NCBI GenBank assembly: GCA_032127265.1
Contig: JAQAZP010000103.1
Span: 831-64,830 of the forward strand
Reading direction: 5' to 3'
Length of the DNA: 64,000 bases
Source: Acidobacteriota bacterium
GTDB lineage: Bacteria > Acidobacteriota > JAQAZP01
Positions 60,024 to 64,000 of the stretch are shown piece by piece. The translations under genes were made by a program, and so were the position numbers. Every line of letters begins with the position of its first letter. Position 1 is the stretch's first letter. The notes beneath the pieces were generated by a model. The model searched no databases. It was given only the letters and a program-made list of their open reading frames with translations, and had not been told where the DNA came from.

Positions 60024-61415
60024 TCAATCCAGTTCTACCGTTTCCTGGTACTCCGGCACATAGGGATGGAAATTCACCTTCTGCAGTTTTTCGGCCAGGG
60101 CGGCGCTGGATTCGGGCTCGCCGTGAACAACGAATGTTTTCTTCGGGGGACTGGTGAAGCCCTGCAGCCAGGCCAGGATCTCCTCGTAGTCGGCGTGGGC
60201 CGAGTAGCCCGAGATCTGCTCAATGGTGGCCTTCACCGGCACATACTCGCCGTGGATCTTCACCGATTCTGCCCCTTCGAGGATCGCCCGGCCCCGGGTC
60301 CCTTCGGCCTGATAGCCGATGAAAAGGATGGTGGTGCGCGGGTCGGGCATCTTGTTCGCCAGGTGATGAAGGATCCGGCCGCCGCTGAGCATGCCGCTGG
60401 CCGAGATGATGATCCCCGGACCTTTGAAGCTGTTCAACTCGATGGACTGCTTGGTGGATTCGGTAAACTTGATGTGCCGGGTGCGGAAGATGTCGACGCC
60501 CCGCACCTTGAGCAGAGCGGCCTGAAGGTCGTGATCCTGCACATTCTCCATGTAGACCCTGGTGGCCTTGATCGCCATGGGACTGTCGACAAAAACGGGC
60601 AGCTTCATGATCTCGTCCGCATCTTCCATCTCGCGGATGTTGTAGAGCAGTTCCTGGGTCCGGCCCACCGAGAATGCGGGGATCAGCAGAACACCGCCCC
60701 GGGCCGCGCTCTCCTTGATCACTTTGGCCAGCACCGACTGGGGGCTCTCCTCCCCGTGCAACCGGTTGCCATAGGTCGATTCCAGCACCAGCCAGTCCGC
60801 CTCGGAGACCTGCACCGGGTCGCGAAGCACCGGCTTATTCGAGCGGCCGAGGTCGCCGGAAAAGACGATCTTCTTCGTTTCGCCGTTCGAGGCCTTCCAC
60901 TCGATGCTGACAAAAGAAGAACCAAGGATGTGCCCGGCGTTGAGGAACCAGAGCACCAATCCGTTGCCCAGCTCAAACCGGTGGCTGTACGGCGTCGGTT
61001 CGAGGAGGCTGATGGCCGCTTCGGCATCGGCGCTGTCGTAGAGCGGCAGGGCCTCCTCGTGTTTCGAGTAGCCCTTCTTGTTCGCCCAGCGCGCTTCCTC
61101 CTCCTGGAGGTGTGCCGAGTCCATCAGCATCACCGCGCAGAGTTCGGCGGTGCTCTTGGTGCAGTAAACCGGGCCGGAAAAACCGTCCTTGACCAGCCGC
61201 GGGAGATAGCCGGTGTGGTCGATGTGGGCGTGGGTCAGCACCACCGCATCCACGTCCGTCACGTCGATGGGCAACGGTTCGCGGTTGCGCAGCCGGAGCT
61301 TTTTCAAGCCCTGGAACATCCCGCAATCCACCAGCAGGCGGTACCCGTTGTGTTCGAAGAGGAATTTCGATCCGGTGGTGGTGCCGGTGGCACCGAGAAA
61401 AGTCAGTCTGGCCAA
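60024..61415 (-). CDS. MBL-fold metallo-hydrolase with beta-CASP RNA-metabolising domain (RNase J/CPSF-like)
   Basis: HAHIDHTG metal motif, beta-CASP motifs, about 460 aa. Start taken at TTG 61415 preceded by AGGAGG; the track ORF extends to 61562. Confidence 0.8.
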   Translation of the reverse strand: MARLTFLGATGTTTGSKFLFEHNGYRLLVDCGMFQGLKKLRLRNREPLPIDVTDVDAVVLTHAHIDHTGYLPRLVKDGFSGPVYCTKSTAELCAVMLMDSAHLQEEEARWANKKGYSKHEEALPLYDSADAEAAISLLEPTPYSHRFELGNGLVLWFLNAGHILGSSFVSIEWKASNGETKKIVFSGDLGRSNKPVLRDPVQVSEADWLVLESTYGNRLHGEESPQSVLAKVIKESAARGGVLLIPAFSVGRTQELLYNIREMEDADEIMKLPVFVDSPMAIKATRVYMENVQDHDLQAALLKVRGVDIFRTRHIKFTESTKQSIELNSFKGPGIIISASGMLSGGRILHHLANKMPDPRTTILFIGYQAEGTRGRAILEGAESVKIHGEYVPVKATIEQISGYSAHADYEEILAWLQGFTSPPKKTFVVHGEPESSAALAEKLQKVNFHPYVPEYQETVELD

Positions 61416-61428
61416 AACGCGCCTCCTG

Positions 61429-62052
61429 TTATTTTTTGTCGCCGCGATAATACTCCGGATAGAGTTTCTTGAAGCACTCGGGGCAGAGGCTGTGACTGAA
61501 CTCGGCTTCCGAGTGCTCGCGGATGTAAATTTCCAGTTGCTGCCAGCGCCCCACATCATCACGGATCATGTTGCACGACGCACAGATCGGCAACAGGCCG
61601 GACAGCTGTTTGACCTTGGCCAGGGACTCGTTGAGTTCTGCGTTCAGACGACGCAGTTTGATTATATCGTCGAAACGGGCCATGGCTACGGTGATTGCCC
61701 GCTCCATATCCCGTGCGGTGGAGGGTTTGACAAGGTAGGCGCCGAGACCGGCGTCCACCGCCTCCCTCATCAACTCCGGGTTCTCGTAGGCGGTGAGCGC
61801 CACCACCGGTAAGGGATGGGCCTCCATGATCCGGCGGGTGGCCTCGATGCCGTCCATCTCCGGCATCTTGATATCCATCAGCACCACATCGGGCGACAGG
61901 CGAGCGATCATGGACAGCGCCTCCTTGCCGTCATTGGCCTCTCCGACAACCAGGTAGCCGATCTCCTCCAGGGTACCGCACACCATCTCGCTCACCAGGT
62001 GGTCGTCCTCCACCACCAGCACCCGGATCTGTTTCTGATCCTTATCCATCAT
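61429..62052 (-). CDS. response regulator: receiver domain plus C-terminal Cys-rich (CxxC...CxxC) output module
   Basis: MMDKDQKQIRVLVVEDD...DVVLMDIKMPEMDG (REC), then ...LPICASCNMIRDDVGRWQQLEIYIREHSEAEFSHSLCPECFKK. Start ATGATG at 62052; the longer track ORF is an upstream extension. Confidence 0.8.
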   Translation of the reverse strand: MMDKDQKQIRVLVVEDDHLVSEMVCGTLEEIGYLVVGEANDGKEALSMIARLSPDVVLMDIKMPEMDGIEATRRIMEAHPLPVVALTAYENPELMREAVDAGLGAYLVKPSTARDMERAITVAMARFDDIIKLRRLNAELNESLAKVKQLSGLLPICASCNMIRDDVGRWQQLEIYIREHSEAEFSHSLCPECFKKLYPEYYRGDKK

Positions 62053-63040
62053 CCTCTCCCCCCTGCACTTCGATCCAGCGGTCCAGCTCCGCCGACCGCA
62101 TACAGGCTTCGCAAATACGCACCGCAGCCAGCCCCTCCGCGGCCGGCACCGGGTTGGCCCCGCGGCCCCGCAAACAGGCTTCCCACTGCCGGAGCAGGGG
62201 AATGAGGGTGGGCACCGGCGGCTCCTGGGGCCGGGGCTCGGGGCCCCGGGCCCCGACGAACTCCAGCGTTCCATACACCTGGTCGCCGCGCAAGGTCCCC
62301 CGCGAACCGACGAATTCAAAACGGCCGCTGCGGGCCAGGCCGACCTTGCTCGCCTCCACCAGGCCCGGCACACCGTCACCCAGTTCCAACTGGGCCGTGA
62401 ACAGGTCCTCGAGGTGCGTGGTGCCCCTGCGGTAGGCCGCGGCCCGCACCCTCGCAACCTCGCGGCCGGTGATGAAGCGCAGGGCGTCGAAGGTGTGCAC
62501 CGCGGTGTGCAGGATCACCCCGCCGCCGGCGGCCCCGGGATCGTCCAGCCACTTGTGGAACGGCGGCTCCAGACGCTGGTCCGCGCTACAGGAGTGCAGC
62601 CGCCCCACCTCCGGGAGGTGCTCCCGCAGGGCCCTGATCGTGCTGTTGAAGCGCAGGGTCTGACCCACGGTGAGCGGCACGTTCTTCTCCTCGAACGCGC
62701 GGATCATCGATGCCGCGGCATCGGCGGTCACGGCCAGCGGCTTCTCCACCAGCAGCGGTTTGCCCTGCCCGGCGCAGGCCAGGGCCAGGGCCGGATTGAT
62801 GTCCGGCGTGGCCGCCGCCACCACCGCATCCACCCGTGGGTCGGCAACCAGCGCGGGCCAGGAACCGTGCCAGGCCGCGCCCCACTCCCGGGCCTGTGCC
62901 TCACCATCCGGCGAGCGCCGGCTGATGGCCGCGAGGCTGAGCCCCGGCAGGTCATTGAGGATATGGGCGGCATAGCGCGCCCCGTGCCGGCCCGGCCCGA
63001 TGATCCCGACCTTGAGTGTGTCCTTCACGTGTCGGCCCAT
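62042..63040 (-). CDS. Gfo/Idh/MocA-family NAD(P)-dependent oxidoreductase
   Basis: N-terminal Rossmann LKVGIIGPGRHGARYA and the EKPLA motif. 332 aa. Confidence 0.85.
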   Translation of the reverse strand: MGRHVKDTLKVGIIGPGRHGARYAAHILNDLPGLSLAAISRRSPDGEAQAREWGAAWHGSWPALVADPRVDAVVAAATPDINPALALACAGQGKPLLVEKPLAVTADAAASMIRAFEEKNVPLTVGQTLRFNSTIRALREHLPEVGRLHSCSADQRLEPPFHKWLDDPGAAGGGVILHTAVHTFDALRFITGREVARVRAAAYRRGTTHLEDLFTAQLELGDGVPGLVEASKVGLARSGRFEFVGSRGTLRGDQVYGTLEFVGARGPEPRPQEPPVPTLIPLLRQWEACLRGRGANPVPAAEGLAAVRICEACMRSAELDRWIEVQGGEDDG

Positions 63041-63216
63041 GGTGTTCAGCTTCTGCAGCCGGCGCCCGGCCGGGGGGGGATGGCCTCCAGCAGGCCGGGC
63101 GCGCTTGAATGGTCATTATAGACCAAGCCGTCCGCCTCGGCCATGACAGGTTCAGCTGGCGGATTTTTCTGATATCATGAGGCATTGGCCACCCGGCCGG
63201 CACGGCGAGGACCCTG

Positions 63217-63585
63217 ATGGCAAAATCCCGATCGAAGAAAAGCGGCGGCAAGCGTCTCCATGGCGTGGGCAAGGGCAACGCGCCCTCGTCCTTCGAGGCG
63301 GTCTACGAGCTGGTGCGCCGGATCCCCCCCGGTCGAGTGTCCACCTACGGCCAGATCTCCAACCTGATGGGCAACCTGCTCTCGCCGCTGGCCGTGGGCT
63401 GGGCGCTGCACAGCTGCCCCGACGGCGTCCCATGGCATCGGGTAGTCAACGCCTCCGGCGCGCTGTCCACCGAGCGACTGCCCGATATCCCCCCGGGCCT
63501 GCAGCGGGCCATGCTCCAAAGCGAGGGGGTGGCGTTCGGCGAGGATGACACCATCGACCTGCAGCTTTTCCGGTGGGAGCCGTGA
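63217..63585 (+). CDS. alkyltransferase-like (ATL) protein of the MGMT family, lacking the acceptor cysteine
   Basis: C-terminal DNA-binding domain of O6-alkylguanine transferases with VPWHRVVNASG (Trp in place of the PCHR cysteine), as in ATL/YbaZ-type proteins. 122 aa. Confidence 0.75.
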   Translation: MAKSRSKKSGGKRLHGVGKGNAPSSFEAVYELVRRIPPGRVSTYGQISNLMGNLLSPLAVGWALHSCPDGVPWHRVVNASGALSTERLPDIPPGLQRAMLQSEGVAFGEDDTIDLQLFRWEP

Positions 63586-63586
63586 G

Positions 63587-64000
63587 ATGAGAAATCTGCT
63601 GCTCCAGATCGCTCGCCGGCCGGTGCTTTCGGTTTTTCTCCTCGCCGCGGCGATCTCGCTGCTGACCCTCAACATCGGCGAGCTGGAGATCGACACTTCG
63701 GGCAAGGACCTCAGCGCTGCCGGCGACCCGGCGGCCGATGTGCTCGAGCGGTTCCGCGACACCTTCGGCAGCGACACCCTGACCCTGGTGGTGCTCAAAG
63801 CTCCCGGCGGGGACATCTTCACGCCCCAGGCGCTGCGGGCCATCCGGGAACTGACCAGCGCGCTGGGCCGCCTGGAGGGGGTCACCGAAGTGCAGAGCCT
63901 GGCCACGGTTCAGGGGTTCAGCTTCTTACTCGGGCTGCCCGTTCGCAGCGGACTGCTGCAGAAGATTCCGACGGACCAGGAAGATCTGGCTCGCCTGAAA
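63587..64000 (+). CDS. MMPL/RND-superfamily transporter, 3'-partial
   Basis: ATG at 63587 one nt after the previous stop. N-terminal TM helix followed by a periplasmic-loop-like sequence. Frame still open at the window end. Confidence 0.5.
   Translation, partial: MRNLLLQIARRPVLSVFLLAAAISLLTLNIGELEIDTSGKDLSAAGDPAADVLERFRDTFGSDTLTLVVLKAPGGDIFTPQALRAIRELTSALGRLEGVTEVQSLATVQGFSFLLGLPVRSGLLQKIPTDQEDLARLK

Noticed and set aside
61429-62457. 135-aa N-terminal extension of the response-regulator ORF, overlapping the Gfo/Idh/MocA gene
   Set aside because: The extension is Arg/Cys/Pro-rich junk overlapping a real gene on the same strand. The receiver domain starts at MMDKDQ (62052).

Overview
The window is high-GC bacterial chromosome, with content typical of a deltaproteobacterium-like genome (inferred from sigma-54/GAF regulators, Cys-rich response-regulator modules and high GC). 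I find about 55 protein-coding genes, one tRNA-Met(CAU), several intrinsic terminators and a few regulatory elements. Confident housekeeping genes are pckA, carA-carB, accD-folC, tsaD, fbaA, ptsN, rpoD-dnaG, mutS2 and otsB-otsA. Accessory content is: (1) three co-directional pilin-like genes at the left edge, one encoding a 1161-aa protein with a prepilin-type leader; (2) three alkaline-phosphatase-superfamily (sulfatase/phosphodiesterase) paralogs sharing a C-terminal LGY[IL]x tail; (3) a long AT-rich divergent intergenic region upstream of carAB holding a textbook sigma-54 promoter, an upstream 10-bp inverted repeat and tetraloop hairpins; (4) a secreted protein built from three repeats, each with a His/Gly-rich insert, on an AT-flanked islet; (5) a decayed mobile islet (higA remnant, VIT transporter, vapBC, truncated integron-type integrase); (6) a trehalose locus with two synthesis routes (TreT-like GT4 plus otsBA); (7) a wzm-wzt polysaccharide ABC exporter whose ATPase is fused to an RfaE/HldE-like nucleotidyltransferase domain; (8) a roughly 70-bp palindromic repeat present twice in inverted orientation. 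No CRISPR array or rRNA was seen. All calls rest on reading the ORF translations and the DNA by eye; no searches were run.
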